Source of the DNA: a phage | DNA: 64,000 bases | Sequence record: OZ335964.1 | Direction: 5' to 3' (one strand) | In this document: positions 27,737 through 35,939 of the stretch, piece by piece | Layout of the letters: each line of letters opens with the position of its first letter | How positions within the stretch are numbered: the first letter of the stretch is position 1 | Notes under the pieces: model-generated | Seen by the model: the letters and a program-made list of their open reading frames with translations, nothing else | Databases searched by the model: none | What the model was told of the DNA's origin: nothing | Program-made: the position numbers and the translations under genes

Positions 27737-28096
27737 TTAGTCACGGGAAGACAACCCAGCCATAAAACGGCTTAAAAGCGTGTCACGATAAGCAAAGCAT
27801 AATTGCTTATCAGGGGCAGTATCACACAGGTTGCGTTTTGTTTTAGCAAAGCTGGCAATACTCAGATCCCACGCTCGATTTTTTCGTTTTTCATCTCGAC
27901 CTTGTTTGTATGCCTCGTCAAGTTCAAGTGCGATAAAATCGCTACACATGTTATCATCATCACAGAAGGTTTTAATGATCTTTTTGTTGATCTCAAATCC
28001 TTTGTATTCGACCTTTGGATAAGGGCGCTCATTACTAGCAAGCGCACCAGCCGAGAACATCATAGCAATCATAGCAATTATTGTCAACTTTTTCAT
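27737..28096 (-). CDS. secreted protein of unknown function
   Basis: 119 aa; signal peptide MKKLTIIAMIAMMFSAGALA. Confidence 0.5.
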   Translation of the reverse strand: MKKLTIIAMIAMMFSAGALASNERPYPKVEYKGFEINKKIIKTFCDDDNMCSDFIALELDEAYKQGRDEKRKNRAWDLSIASFAKTKRNLCDTAPDKQLCFAYRDTLLSRFMAGLSSRD

Positions 28097-28103
28097 ATAT
28101 TCC

Positions 28104-28694
28104 TCAATAGCGTTTAGTTTTAAGAATGCCTTTACTCTTTAGATGGTTAGCCTTTTTTAGTACGTCATCAGCATAACCCAATCCGGCTTTATAGTTCCAT
28201 CCAGCATTGTAAGAAGCTAGCGCGAGTCGGATATTACCGTTTCGAACATCCAGCCAGTATGCTAACTCATCCATCGCGTAGAATGCAGAAACCTCGCGAT
28301 TCATGATAAATTTGATAGTCTGGCGATCACTCATTTTAACACCGCGCTTTGCATTTTTCGCTTTCACCGTTTTAAGGTAATTTTGAAATAATCCATAAGC
28401 ATGATGATTTTTCTTTGGTGCTAAGTTTGCACCCGCGCTTGATTCTTGCCATGCTATACCCGCCAGGATGTGGCCTAAACCCTTTCCGTCATAGCGAATA
28501 TTCGGATGGTCATTTTTCAACTTACCGCTTTTCTCGAATTGTTCGCCATATTGATAGGCGAAATGTAAATTATCTAGTTGGTGTGCTGTAAAGTTGTCTA
28601 TCGGCGCTTTTTTGATCGGTGCGCTAGTCGATGCGTGTGTAGCACCAACGGCTAGTGACAGACTCAATACTATCGCTTTTAGAACTTTTAACAT
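28104..28694 (-). CDS. secreted lytic transglycosylase (SLT domain)
   Basis: 196 aa; signal peptide; SLT motifs GIAWQESS, AYGLFQ, ALASYNAG. Confidence 0.75.
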   Translation of the reverse strand: MLKVLKAIVLSLSLAVGATHASTSAPIKKAPIDNFTAHQLDNLHFAYQYGEQFEKSGKLKNDHPNIRYDGKGLGHILAGIAWQESSAGANLAPKKNHHAYGLFQNYLKTVKAKNAKRGVKMSDRQTIKFIMNREVSAFYAMDELAYWLDVRNGNIRLALASYNAGWNYKAGLGYADDVLKKANHLKSKGILKTKRY

Positions 28695-28779
28695 TAATTT
28701 CTCCTGTTTGGCTTAACTTTCTGATTCCATAATATAGCCCTATCACCAGAAAGTCAAGCATTATTTTAACCAATCTCCA

Positions 28780-29202
28780 TTATTGGTCCACTTTCAAAAC
28801 AACAGCCGACATTTTACCCGCCAGTCGTTTTGGATTCTCTATAATCATTCGACAGCATAGACCGTGATATGGCTTGCCGTCTTCAATTAGGTCTACTGTC
28901 ATCCCGATCCACATGTTACCGTCAGTAATTTCTAATCGATTAGGTCGGTCTTCCATTTTCAGGAAGTCGAAGATCTCCGGCAAACGAGTTTCTACCTTAT
29001 TGAATAGTTCCATTGTCTTATGTTCATCGATATGACGATCGGTTAGACGGTCGATCATATGCGGACTAAAGCGAATGAAAATATACTCACCGTAACCATC
29101 ATTCAAGCACTTTTCTTTGATCTGCGCATTGGTTTTGCGCATTTCGGTTTCGAAGAATCTACGCAGCTTACTACGGCGAACGTGTACATTAATTGTTTCC
29201 AT
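28780..29202 (-). CDS. regB: site-specific endoribonuclease RegB
   Basis: METINVHVRRSKLRRFFETE...NRLEITDGNMW matches remembered T4 RegB; ATG at 29202 after AAGGAGAATAAA. Confidence 0.85.
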   Translation of the reverse strand: METINVHVRRSKLRRFFETEMRKTNAQIKEKCLNDGYGEYIFIRFSPHMIDRLTDRHIDEHKTMELFNKVETRLPEIFDFLKMEDRPNRLEITDGNMWIGMTVDLIEDGKPYHGLCCRMIIENPKRLAGKMSAVVLKVDQ

Positions 29203-29203
29203 T

Positions 29204-29542
29204 TTATTCTCCTTTCTTAAACAAATTGCGAAGCCAGTATACAAACGGGATTTCTTTAAACTTGAACTTGTCAATAGTTAATTCTTTAGTAGCAAGATGA
29301 ATACCATAAGCATCATGTGTCACGATATGCCATTTTCTATAGCCCAAATGTGAACAACCGTCTGAATCTAGGTTAATAAGAGTTTCTCGCTCACTAGGAT
29401 TATTTTTCCACAATTTTGTAACCGGGTCGCACATAATTCGACCTAGCGTACCATGAATAATCTCACAACGGTAAAGTTTTCCAGCAGTGAGATAGGCGCA
29501 CCCGTCATAGTCGGTATAAACAAACACTTCTTTAACACTCAT
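29204..29542 (-). CDS. small paralog (C.HL.G..W family), double-domain member
   Basis: ATG at 29542; DYDGCAYLTAGKLY and DSDGCSHLGYRKWHIV. Confidence 0.5.
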   Translation of the reverse strand: MSVKEVFVYTDYDGCAYLTAGKLYRCEIIHGTLGRIMCDPVTKLWKNNPSERETLINLDSDGCSHLGYRKWHIVTHDAYGIHLATKELTIDKFKFKEIPFVYWLRNLFKKGE

Positions 29543-29573
29543 TTTAATACTCCTTTGTTGTTTCGATGGGGGT

Positions 29574-29602
29574 ATATTACTACCCCCGATCATGTGTGTC
29601 AA
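29574..29602 (-). promoter_or_regulatory. sigma70-like early promoter with stem-loop (TTGACA-N17-TAATAT)
   Basis: minus strand; hairpin GGGGGTA..TACCCCC. Confidence 0.45.
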
Positions 29603-29848
29603 CTACTTTTTCAAGAATTTTTTAATTGCGTTCCAAAGACCTTTATTCTCAGGTTGTTTTGGTTCTTCGATCAGCGTCCATGTTCGACCGTCTAAGTGTG
29701 CACAATTTTTAAGGCAAATAAAAATCTGGTGTCCCTTATCATCACGGATATAACCACTATTCGCAAATCTTTCATGTGGTGTATATTCATACAGTGTATT
29801 TGGTGTAATATACTTGCGGTTACTATAAGGTGTCATCACATACATCAT
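29603..29848 (-). CDS. small paralog (C.HL.G..W family)
   Basis: ATG at 29848 (ATGA overlap), GGGAG RBS; CAHLDGRTWTLI. Confidence 0.5.
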   Translation of the reverse strand: MMYVMTPYSNRKYITPNTLYEYTPHERFANSGYIRDDKGHQIFICLKNCAHLDGRTWTLIEEPKQPENKGLWNAIKKFLKK

Positions 29849-30039
29849 GGTACTAACTCCCAACGATCACCGCGAAGATGAGAACATCCACCATCAAGAA
29901 GGATCGTAATACGAAACCCCGCATCATCTTCAATATACCCGATAGTCGGTGGATGTTCGTCGTCTCGTGCCGGGGTAAAATCATACATCTTTCCGGGCGT
30001 AATATCTTGTCCTTTATTGCTATTGGTATAAACTTGCAT
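29845..30039 (-). CDS. small paralog (C.HL.G..W family)
   Basis: 64 aa; CSHLRGDRWELV. Confidence 0.5.
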   Translation of the reverse strand: MQVYTNSNKGQDITPGKMYDFTPARDDEHPPTIGYIEDDAGFRITILLDGGCSHLRGDRWELVP

Positions 30040-30060
30040 TTTCTTAATCTCCTATATTAA

Positions 30061-30759
30061 CTAACCACGGGTATAGTGTTCCAGAACAACGGTCAGATGA
30101 ATATATTCTAATAAATCTTTCCAAAAGTCAACATCTGGTTCTTCCGGCATACCGTTTTTCTTTGCCTCTTCACGCGCGAGTTTAACACGCTCGTAGAGAT
30201 CTTTCAATTCTTCCCGCACATTATCAAAGGTTCTTTCTCCTAACTTACACGCTAAAATAGAAGAACGTCGCGCGAGTGGGAATTGTAGATCACCTGTCTG
30301 ATAGATTTCAAGTAGCTGATAACCAACACGCAGAGCATGAGAAAGATCTTTCCAGTTACTGAAATACTTTTCAGATTTTGCTACCTGCTTTTTGAGATAA
30401 CCAGACAAACCCCACATCCCAACATGATAGAATTTATCGCGATGTGTTCGGATGTATTCCCATTCTCTGGAGGATTCAATCAACATGTTACTAGGCGCGT
30501 GCACCATGTCAATAGCGCCAATATCACCTTTACATGCCAGATTGATAAACCGTTTTAGACTGAACATATTAACGTCAATATCGTCTTTGGTGTTCTTGAT
30601 ACCTTGACCGCTAGTGCTTTGGTCATAGTGTTCTTTCATCGTTCCTAAGATAATTTCTTTCGCAGTCGGAACAAAGATACCACGATAATCTTTATCGGAA
30701 TTTTCAGTATCAAGACCGTATAAGTGAGATCCGAAGACCATTTTAACCATTGTATGCAT
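30061..30759 (-). CDS. Pol-beta-superfamily nucleotidyltransferase (putative)
   Basis: 232 aa; FGSHLYGLDTENSDKDYRGIF = GS...G...SD.D nucleotidyltransferase motif near N-terminus. Confidence 0.6.
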   Translation of the reverse strand: MHTMVKMVFGSHLYGLDTENSDKDYRGIFVPTAKEIILGTMKEHYDQSTSGQGIKNTKDDIDVNMFSLKRFINLACKGDIGAIDMVHAPSNMLIESSREWEYIRTHRDKFYHVGMWGLSGYLKKQVAKSEKYFSNWKDLSHALRVGYQLLEIYQTGDLQFPLARRSSILACKLGERTFDNVREELKDLYERVKLAREEAKKNGMPEEPDVDFWKDLLEYIHLTVVLEHYTRG

Positions 30760-30801
30760 AATTAAACCCTCAGTTGATTAAGAGATTGCATCATATCATC
30801 A

Positions 30802-30835
30802 TAAAACGAAAAAGCCAACCCTTTTCGGATTGGCT
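30802..30835 (-). terminator. intrinsic terminator after GrcA-like gene
   Basis: AGCCAAUCC..GGGUUGGCU hairpin + U-run on minus strand. Confidence 0.65.
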
Positions 30836-30845
30836 TGATGAAAAA

Positions 30846-31262
30846 TTAGAGAGATTCGGTAAAGGTGCGCGAAATAACATCACGTTGTTGGTCTGGAGTC
30901 AGACTATTGAATCTTACGGCATATCCGCTAACGCGAATGGTTAGTTGCGGATACTTATCAGGATTAGCAACCGCATCAAGAAGAAGATCGCGACTCATCA
31001 CATTGATATTCGCGTGCTGACCTCCTTCGACAACCGGAGCACCAGTATCTACAATAACAGGACGGAAGCTAGTTGTGTGCAGTGCCAGCGAATCGACGTC
31101 TTCTGCGGTGATCACATGGTCTTCTGCGAAAGTTTTACTAACAATTACTTTAGCGCCGATCAGTGCTTTCGGTTCGGATACCAGAATCATAGGCGCGAAA
31201 TGTCCACCAATAATAGTACCTTTATGCTCACCTTTCATGATTTGAATTGCTTTAAATTCCAT
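30846..31262 (-). CDS. grcA: autonomous glycyl radical cofactor GrcA/YfiD-like protein
   Basis: 138 aa; C-terminus [33 protein letters not shown] matches remembered E. coli GrcA/PflB glycyl radical domain. Confidence 0.85.
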   Translation of the reverse strand: MEFKAIQIMKGEHKGTIIGGHFAPMILVSEPKALIGAKVIVSKTFAEDHVITAEDVDSLALHTTSFRPVIVDTGAPVVEGGQHANINVMSRDLLLDAVANPDKYPQLTIRVSGYAVRFNSLTPDQQRDVISRTFTESL

Positions 31263-31397
31263 AATTCACCTCTTATAGATCAGGACGTTCGTCATTAATT
31301 TTACCAACCAAAACACCATAGAGTTTATCAGGTTGGACTTTACGATTCTTATTGATTGTAGCACGAAATCGACGAGCTACGCTATCTTTATTTTTCA

Positions 31398-31883
31398 TCA
31401 GTTGATACCTAAGCCAATGAAAATAGGTTGGTCTTCTACATTACCCATTCCAACACTACGTCGATTTAATTCTAAAAACTGCAATACGCTGTCAGTAAAT
31501 CCGCGCATGGTAGTATCTAGGATAAAAATTGTTTTGTCAAGACTACGACCTCGCCAAGTGATCGGATTCAGGAAAGTTCGGATCGACGTGCAATCTACAT
31601 TTGAAATGTTGACATTTTCACCGCGACCGCGATCTCGGATCGTTTTGGCATGTTCCCGCGTCGTTGAAACGATAAAGACACTATAGCCCTTTCGCGTATA
31701 ATGGTCATATAACTTGATTGTAGCGTCTGTATGCCCTGTCTGACGGCCTAAATTGATTGAGACAATGGAATCTAGGTCATCAGCAAAATTGCGTCGCTTA
31801 CGACGTTCTATGATGTCATTTACGGCAGATACACACGCAGCATAAATCAAATCTTTACTTTCTAATTTTACATCAATATTCAT
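31398..31883 (-). CDS. hypothetical protein
   Basis: 161 aa ATG-initiated ORF. Confidence 0.5.
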   Translation of the reverse strand: MNIDVKLESKDLIYAACVSAVNDIIERRKRRNFADDLDSIVSINLGRQTGHTDATIKLYDHYTRKGYSVFIVSTTREHAKTIRDRGRGENVNISNVDCTSIRTFLNPITWRGRSLDKTIFILDTTMRGFTDSVLQFLELNRRSVGMGNVEDQPIFIGLGIN

Positions 31884-31945
31884 GGTAAAGTCTCCAGTGA
31901 ACGGGGAGAGATCCTTAGATTGTCTCCCCGTTGATGGTTAATATT

Positions 31946-32335
31946 TTATTTTGGATCTGGGTATTTGCTGTGTGGCAATTGTAGATGAGGACCATCTTTA
32001 AACGATACCCAATCCCCACCCCATTCAACAGGAACACCCAATTCTCGACCAGCTTGTTTAAATGCATCAGCGATCATGCGGTAATATTTCATGTTCCATG
32101 TATCCTTATCTTTCGGATACGCTACAACGTCAACCGCGAAACCGTGAAGATGACGAGATTTCATAGTCTTAGATTTACCTTCCGCAACATATTTCTTTTG
32201 CGTTTCTAGACTACGCACACCTTCCGTAATACCAAAATCGACCGGAGTCAGTTCTAATGCACGATGAACGACTTTTACCAGGTCTGGATGTACACCAACA
32301 AGCCGATCTTTGCTTCTTTGAGATAATTTAAACAT
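31946..32335 (-). CDS. peptidase M15 (LAS metallopeptidase, VanY-like) - probable endolysin
   Basis: 129 aa; SRHLHGFAVDV...DGPHLQL zinc ligands; occupies the position of T4 e. Confidence 0.7.
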   Translation of the reverse strand: MFKLSQRSKDRLVGVHPDLVKVVHRALELTPVDFGITEGVRSLETQKKYVAEGKSKTMKSRHLHGFAVDVVAYPKDKDTWNMKYYRMIADAFKQAGRELGVPVEWGGDWVSFKDGPHLQLPHSKYPDPK

Positions 32336-32363
32336 TATTCACCCCCTTTGTGAGTGATAATAT

Positions 32364-32555
32364 TTAGATTCCAGTGATCCTGCATAGAGTTCTTGTATTA
32401 GCACCAATCAGGATCGCATTAACGACAACCATTCCCCAATCAACCCACTGATTATTATAAATGCTAAACCCGTTTGCAAGACCAAATACAAGCATTCCGG
32501 TACACATACTCAGAGCAATAATCAACATCACGGTAAAACCAAATGCAAATCTCAT
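32364..32555 (-). CDS. small hydrophobic membrane protein
   Basis: 63 aa, hydrophobic throughout. Confidence 0.45.
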   Translation of the reverse strand: MRFAFGFTVMLIIALSMCTGMLVFGLANGFSIYNNQWVDWGMVVVNAILIGANTRTLCRITGI

Positions 32556-32556
32556 A

Positions 32557-32772
32557 TTATTTTCCTTTTCTCTGTTTACGTTTATAAAAGTAATACATTA
32601 CCTCATCGCGTCCGGTGATCCAACATGCTAGGGCGGTAAACAGGTTTACAATTCCCAACACACCTACGGATGCGGCGCTGTCAACAGACATAGGAACAGT
32701 AAAGGCCATAGCTAACATAGCAACGCCACAAATGACATTAAGCACCATTATAATAAGACCGAAGAAAACCAT
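32557..32772 (-). CDS. small hydrophobic membrane protein
   Basis: ATG at 32772 with GGGAGGA RBS. Confidence 0.45.
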   Translation of the reverse strand: MVFFGLIIMVLNVICGVAMLAMAFTVPMSVDSAASVGVLGIVNLFTALACWITGRDEVMYYFYKRKQRKGK

Positions 32773-32774
32773 TG

Positions 32775-32954
32775 TCAATCCTCCCAAATAAGAAAACCAA
32801 CAATCACGCCAGTGATAAGACATGATGCGCCGCTAATCAGACAACCCGCGCCAAGTGATTCCCACCAGATCAGAGAAGCGACAATAACGCAAATTCCCCA
32901 GACTACCGCAATCACAACATAGGCAATGGTCGCCAAAAACATATATTTGTTCAT
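32775..32954 (-). CDS. small hydrophobic membrane protein
   Basis: ATG at 32954 directly after upstream stop. Confidence 0.4.
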   Translation of the reverse strand: MNKYMFLATIAYVVIAVVWGICVIVASLIWWESLGAGCLISGASCLITGVIVGFLIWED

Positions 32955-33139
32955 AATAAATCCCATTCACCAAACAAATAAGAAAAAAGCCATATCAACA
33001 GAAACGAGGCAATTGATCCGGCAAGCAAAATGATATTAGAGAATCCACCGTTTATCCAGTTGACAAAACAGAATACGCCAGTATAGAAGCATAAACCCAT
33101 TACAAAGCATACTATAAGCAACCATAGATAAAACGCCAT
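32951..33139 (-). CDS. small hydrophobic membrane protein
   Basis: 62 aa; GGAGGG RBS. Confidence 0.45.
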   Translation of the reverse strand: MAFYLWLLIVCFVMGLCFYTGVFCFVNWINGGFSNIILLAGSIASFLLIWLFSYLFGEWDLL

Positions 33140-33200
33140 AGAAAGCCCTCCAGCGAGATAAATTAGTGCGGGTAGGGGAATGTACTACCCGCTTTGTTAA

Positions 33201-33359
33201 TCAACGCAGGGCTTGTTCTAGCGCGATCCCAAACCATCCACAAACAACGCCCATACAGACAGCTACAAGAAGATTCATTCTCTCTTTAGGGATCATTGCA
33301 ATCATAACAACAACCATACAGAAAGCCATTACCATTGAAGTTAACATTTGTTCAACCAT
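33201..33359 (-). CDS. small hydrophobic membrane protein (not in ORF track)
   Basis: 52 aa MVEQMLTSMVMAFCMVVVMIAMIPKE... with AAGGTG RBS. Confidence 0.4.
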   Translation of the reverse strand: MVEQMLTSMVMAFCMVVVMIAMIPKERMNLLVAVCMGVVCGWFGIALEQALR

Positions 33360-33361
33360 TA

Positions 33362-33694
33362 TCACACCTTTAAAGTCATAGACGCATAAACATTAACACC
33401 AGGCCAGTTAGGATCGCAATTATACTCAACATCCCACAAATAAAGCGGTTTAGATGTATCAGCCAAGTTTTTAAAATCTTCTACCCACATTTCAATGCTA
33501 TATGATGGATAAACTAGGCTGTCATATCCTCCGTAACGTTGGCCTACTGGTCGGTCAGTAAAAACTACCTCAAGATCCGGTAATTCTTTTTCAAGGATAA
33601 CCGCCAGCGCATAAATCAGACGGTCTTCCTTGTTACGCTGCCGAAGGACCGTTGTCAGTTGGCTTTTCTGGTTCACTAGCAAGCACCTCCACAT
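33362..33694 (-). CDS. hypothetical protein (start uncertain)
   Basis: ORF track 33362..33700 (GTG); overlaps upstream gene by about 60 nt. Confidence 0.35.
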   Translation of the reverse strand: MWRCLLVNQKSQLTTVLRQRNKEDRLIYALAVILEKELPDLEVVFTDRPVGQRYGGYDSLVYPSYSIEMWVEDFKNLADTSKPLYLWDVEYNCDPNWPGVNVYASMTLKV

Positions 33695-33953
33695 TTTCAC
33701 AGAATGAAATTTTCACAGACACAATTTTACCATAAGTGAAGAATGAATATACATTATCGAGATATTCAACGTCACCTACAATCACATCAAACTGCGGATC
33801 AGCAACCGCCGCAACATATTCTACCAGTTCATCAAGAGAATGCAACTTAATTTCATCAATTCGGCTGTATTTGGTTGCATCTTTGATTTTAAAACCACGT
33901 TCTTTCAGCTTATCAATTAGAATTTCACGCGGAGTTTCAAACAGTTTGCTCAT
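33633..33953 (-). CDS. hypothetical protein
   Basis: 106 aa; GAGGATTATACT leader. Confidence 0.5.
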   Translation of the reverse strand: MSKLFETPREILIDKLKERGFKIKDATKYSRIDEIKLHSLDELVEYVAAVADPQFDVIVGDVEYLDNVYSFFTYGKIVSVKISFCENVEVLASEPEKPTDNGPSAA

Positions 33954-33975
33954 AGTATAATCCTCACATAGTTAA

Positions 33976-34170
33976 TCAATGGTCAATAATCTTGCACATT
34001 ATAACAGAAAGAACAAAGACCGCAACCCACATATAGATCCCAGCAATCAATGCAATTTCAATATCACAATATCCAAGATATACAACAGGAATAAAAACAA
34101 ACATACAGACCAGCGCAAAGAAACTAGCAAAGGCGCTAGAAAATCCGATAGCAGTATTAGTAATATTCAT
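33976..34170 (-). CDS. small hydrophobic membrane protein
   Basis: 64 aa, two predicted TM helices. Confidence 0.45.
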   Translation of the reverse strand: MNITNTAIGFSSAFASFFALVCMFVFIPVVYLGYCDIEIALIAGIYMWVAVFVLSVIMCKIIDH

Positions 34171-34171
34171 A

Positions 34172-34354
34172 TTAACAATCCTCGCGGCTTAAGTCAACAG
34201 CAATTGCATACAGCATAATGAATATGCTAGCCGATCCGAGAATCAATACACCCTCACATTTTGAAACTCGCTCATCAAAATGTAACATTATCCAACCGAG
34301 GATGTTAAAGGCGCAGACCGCGCCTATGTTCGCTAACCAATTAATCTTTTTCAT
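34172..34354 (-). CDS. small hydrophobic membrane protein
   Basis: 60 aa. Confidence 0.45.
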   Translation of the reverse strand: MKKINWLANIGAVCAFNILGWIMLHFDERVSKCEGVLILGSASIFIMLYAIAVDLSREDC

Positions 34355-34362
34355 AATATACC

Positions 34363-34689
34363 TTAGAAAGAAACAGTTTTCAAGAAATCCAGATTTTTAG
34401 TACCGAAAACAGAAAAGTAGTGTTTTCCTTTTTCGGTTTTAGAGAAAGCGATTGTCTTCTCTACATGGTGACGGAAGCCAGACAGACGATCACCCAGGTC
34501 AAGGCGGCAAGCGTAAGTAGTGCCGTTTTCGAAAGTAACCTCGATTTGAGTTTTGTCATATTCGCTTTCATAGGCTTTTGCTGCCGCGTCCTGTGCTTTA
34601 CGCTCGAAGTCTTCGAAGTGGAATACTTCGTTTGCGTTAGCGAATACAGAAGATTCAGAGAAGATAACTTTAACAGATACTGGTTTCAT
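34363..34689 (-). CDS. hypothetical protein
   Basis: 108 aa; promoter-stem-loop upstream. Confidence 0.5.
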   Translation of the reverse strand: MKPVSVKVIFSESSVFANANEVFHFEDFERKAQDAAAKAYESEYDKTQIEVTFENGTTYACRLDLGDRLSGFRHHVEKTIAFSKTEKGKHYFSVFGTKNLDFLKTVSF

Positions 34690-34731
34690 TTTGATACTCC
34701 TTAGTAGTTCGTGTTTCGTTTCGATGGGTGT

Positions 34732-34760
34732 ATTATGCTATACACCCTCTCGCGTGTCAA
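34732..34760 (-). promoter_or_regulatory. sigma70-like early promoter with stem-loop (TTGACA-N17-CATAAT)
   Basis: minus strand; hairpin GGGTGTAT..ATACACCC; leader CATCGAAACGAAACACG. Confidence 0.5.
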
Positions 34761-34768
34761 CAACTTTT

Positions 34769-34957
34769 TTAGTCTTTTTTCATAATTTCTAGAGCAGTTT
34801 CTACAGCACCTTTCCAACCTTCCCACATAATGGACATAGTAAGGAAGTTAAAGCACCCGCAGGAATCAACCTTTTTAGAGATAAACCATTCTACAAACGC
34901 TTCGCTCATACCATGCTCTTTAGCGGATTCGCGTAATTGTTCAATTTGGTCTTCCAT
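34769..34957 (-). CDS. hypothetical protein
   Basis: 62 aa; GAGGTGATACT leader. Confidence 0.45.
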   Translation of the reverse strand: MEDQIEQLRESAKEHGMSEAFVEWFISKKVDSCGCFNFLTMSIMWEGWKGAVETALEIMKKD

Positions 34958-34979
34958 AGTATCACCTCAACACTTAACG

Positions 34980-35174
34980 TTATTCAAACTCAAACGGTCT
35001 ATTCAACCTATTGTAAAAGTACATATAACAAGCAAAATTATGCTTTGGCTGTACCGTATCAGATAGACACGCTTTTACAGCCTCGCGGTCCGATGGGTCT
35101 ACACCCTCAGCTTTAAGTAATGCTAAAATCTGGTTATAGCGTACTCTTAGTTGTACTAATGGTTTATCCCCCAT
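34980..35174 (-). CDS. hypothetical protein
   Basis: 64 aa; AAGGGGG RBS. Confidence 0.45.
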   Translation of the reverse strand: MGDKPLVQLRVRYNQILALLKAEGVDPSDREAVKACLSDTVQPKHNFACYMYFYNRLNRPFEFE

Positions 35175-35183
35175 ATTACCCCC

Positions 35184-35411
35184 TTATAGTTGATCAGCAA
35201 TGTATGCGGTGCATTTGCGGAGTTTAGCCATAGCACCACCTTTCATGTCGCTTGCGCCTACAATGTTCATGATCTCTAAGCGATCAGCCGGATTCAGTCT
35301 AGTAGCCCAGATCTGGTTAGCCAGTTCCATTTTACCCATCTGCGGTTCCATCTCAAACATTTCACGCTCAAAGTCGATAATTTCTTTTGCTGCGTCTTTA
35401 AAGTTAATCAT
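35184..35411 (-). CDS. hypothetical protein
   Basis: 75 aa; GGGAGGACCAAA leader; promoter-stem-loop upstream. Confidence 0.5.
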   Translation of the reverse strand: MINFKDAAKEIIDFEREMFEMEPQMGKMELANQIWATRLNPADRLEIMNIVGASDMKGGAMAKLRKCTAYIADQL

Positions 35412-35440
35412 TTTGGTCCTCCCGTTTCGTTGATGGTTGT

Positions 35441-35469
35441 ATTGTAGGGGAGTTATCCTCCCCTGTCAA
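35441..35469 (-). promoter_or_regulatory. sigma70-like early promoter with stem-loop (TTGACA-N17-TACAAT)
   Basis: minus strand; hairpin AGGGGAG..CTCCCCT in spacer. Confidence 0.5.
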
Positions 35470-35477
35470 CACTTTTA

Positions 35478-35663
35478 TCAGAAATATGCAATATAGTTTG
35501 CCAGTCCTACAGAGTCATCATTCGGCATTGCTTTTACCGCCAGTTCAAACCCTGCTTCAACTTTCTGTTTAGCGGATTCTTCGTTATAACCCCAGATGAC
35601 CAGAATAGCTACTACGTTTTCTTTGCTTACTGCTTTCAGTGCTTTAGTGATGCGACGTGCCAT
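35478..35663 (-). CDS. hypothetical protein
   Basis: 61 aa; GGAGAATCAAATT leader; promoter-stem-loop upstream. Confidence 0.45.
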   Translation of the reverse strand: MARRITKALKAVSKENVVAILVIWGYNEESAKQKVEAGFELAVKAMPNDDSVGLANYIAYF

Positions 35664-35709
35664 AATTTGATTCTCCGTTTAAGAAAGTGTGTTTCGTTTC
35701 GATGGGTGT

Positions 35710-35738
35710 ATTATGCTATAGGCGTGATCTGGTGTCAA
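35710..35738 (-). promoter_or_regulatory. sigma70-like early promoter (TTGACA-N17-CATAAT)
   Basis: minus strand; leader CATCGAAACGAAACACAC; directly after terminator 35765..35793. Confidence 0.5.
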
Positions 35739-35764
35739 CAACTTTTTTAAAAAATTTTAGGCAA

Positions 35765-35793
35765 TAAAAAAGCCACTCCGAAGAGTGGCTTAT
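35765..35793 (-). terminator. intrinsic terminator
   Basis: AGCCACUC-UUCG-GAGUGGCU hairpin + U6 on minus strand. Confidence 0.65.
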
Positions 35794-35935
35794 AGGGAAG
35801 GTAGCGAATCTTCCTTGTCTCCAACCTGCTAGCGGCCTAGCAAGTGAATGCTTTAGCGTACCGGATCACCCCATACGCTGCAATAAATGCGGCTAGGTGA
35901 CGTCCAAATCATTCTAACCGCGCTGTCTTTAGTTC
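35794..35935 (-). ncRNA. candidate small non-coding RNA or structured 3' UTR (between a late-promoter motif and an intrinsic terminator)
   Basis: about 140 nt with no ORF; TATAAATA on minus strand at 35948..35941; three stem-loops (GCGUA..UACGC, GCUAG..CUAGC, GGAAG..CUUCC) then terminator; T4 carries small RNAs (rnaC/rnaD) in the equivalent neighbourhood. Confidence 0.3.
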
Positions 35936-35939
35936 ACTA

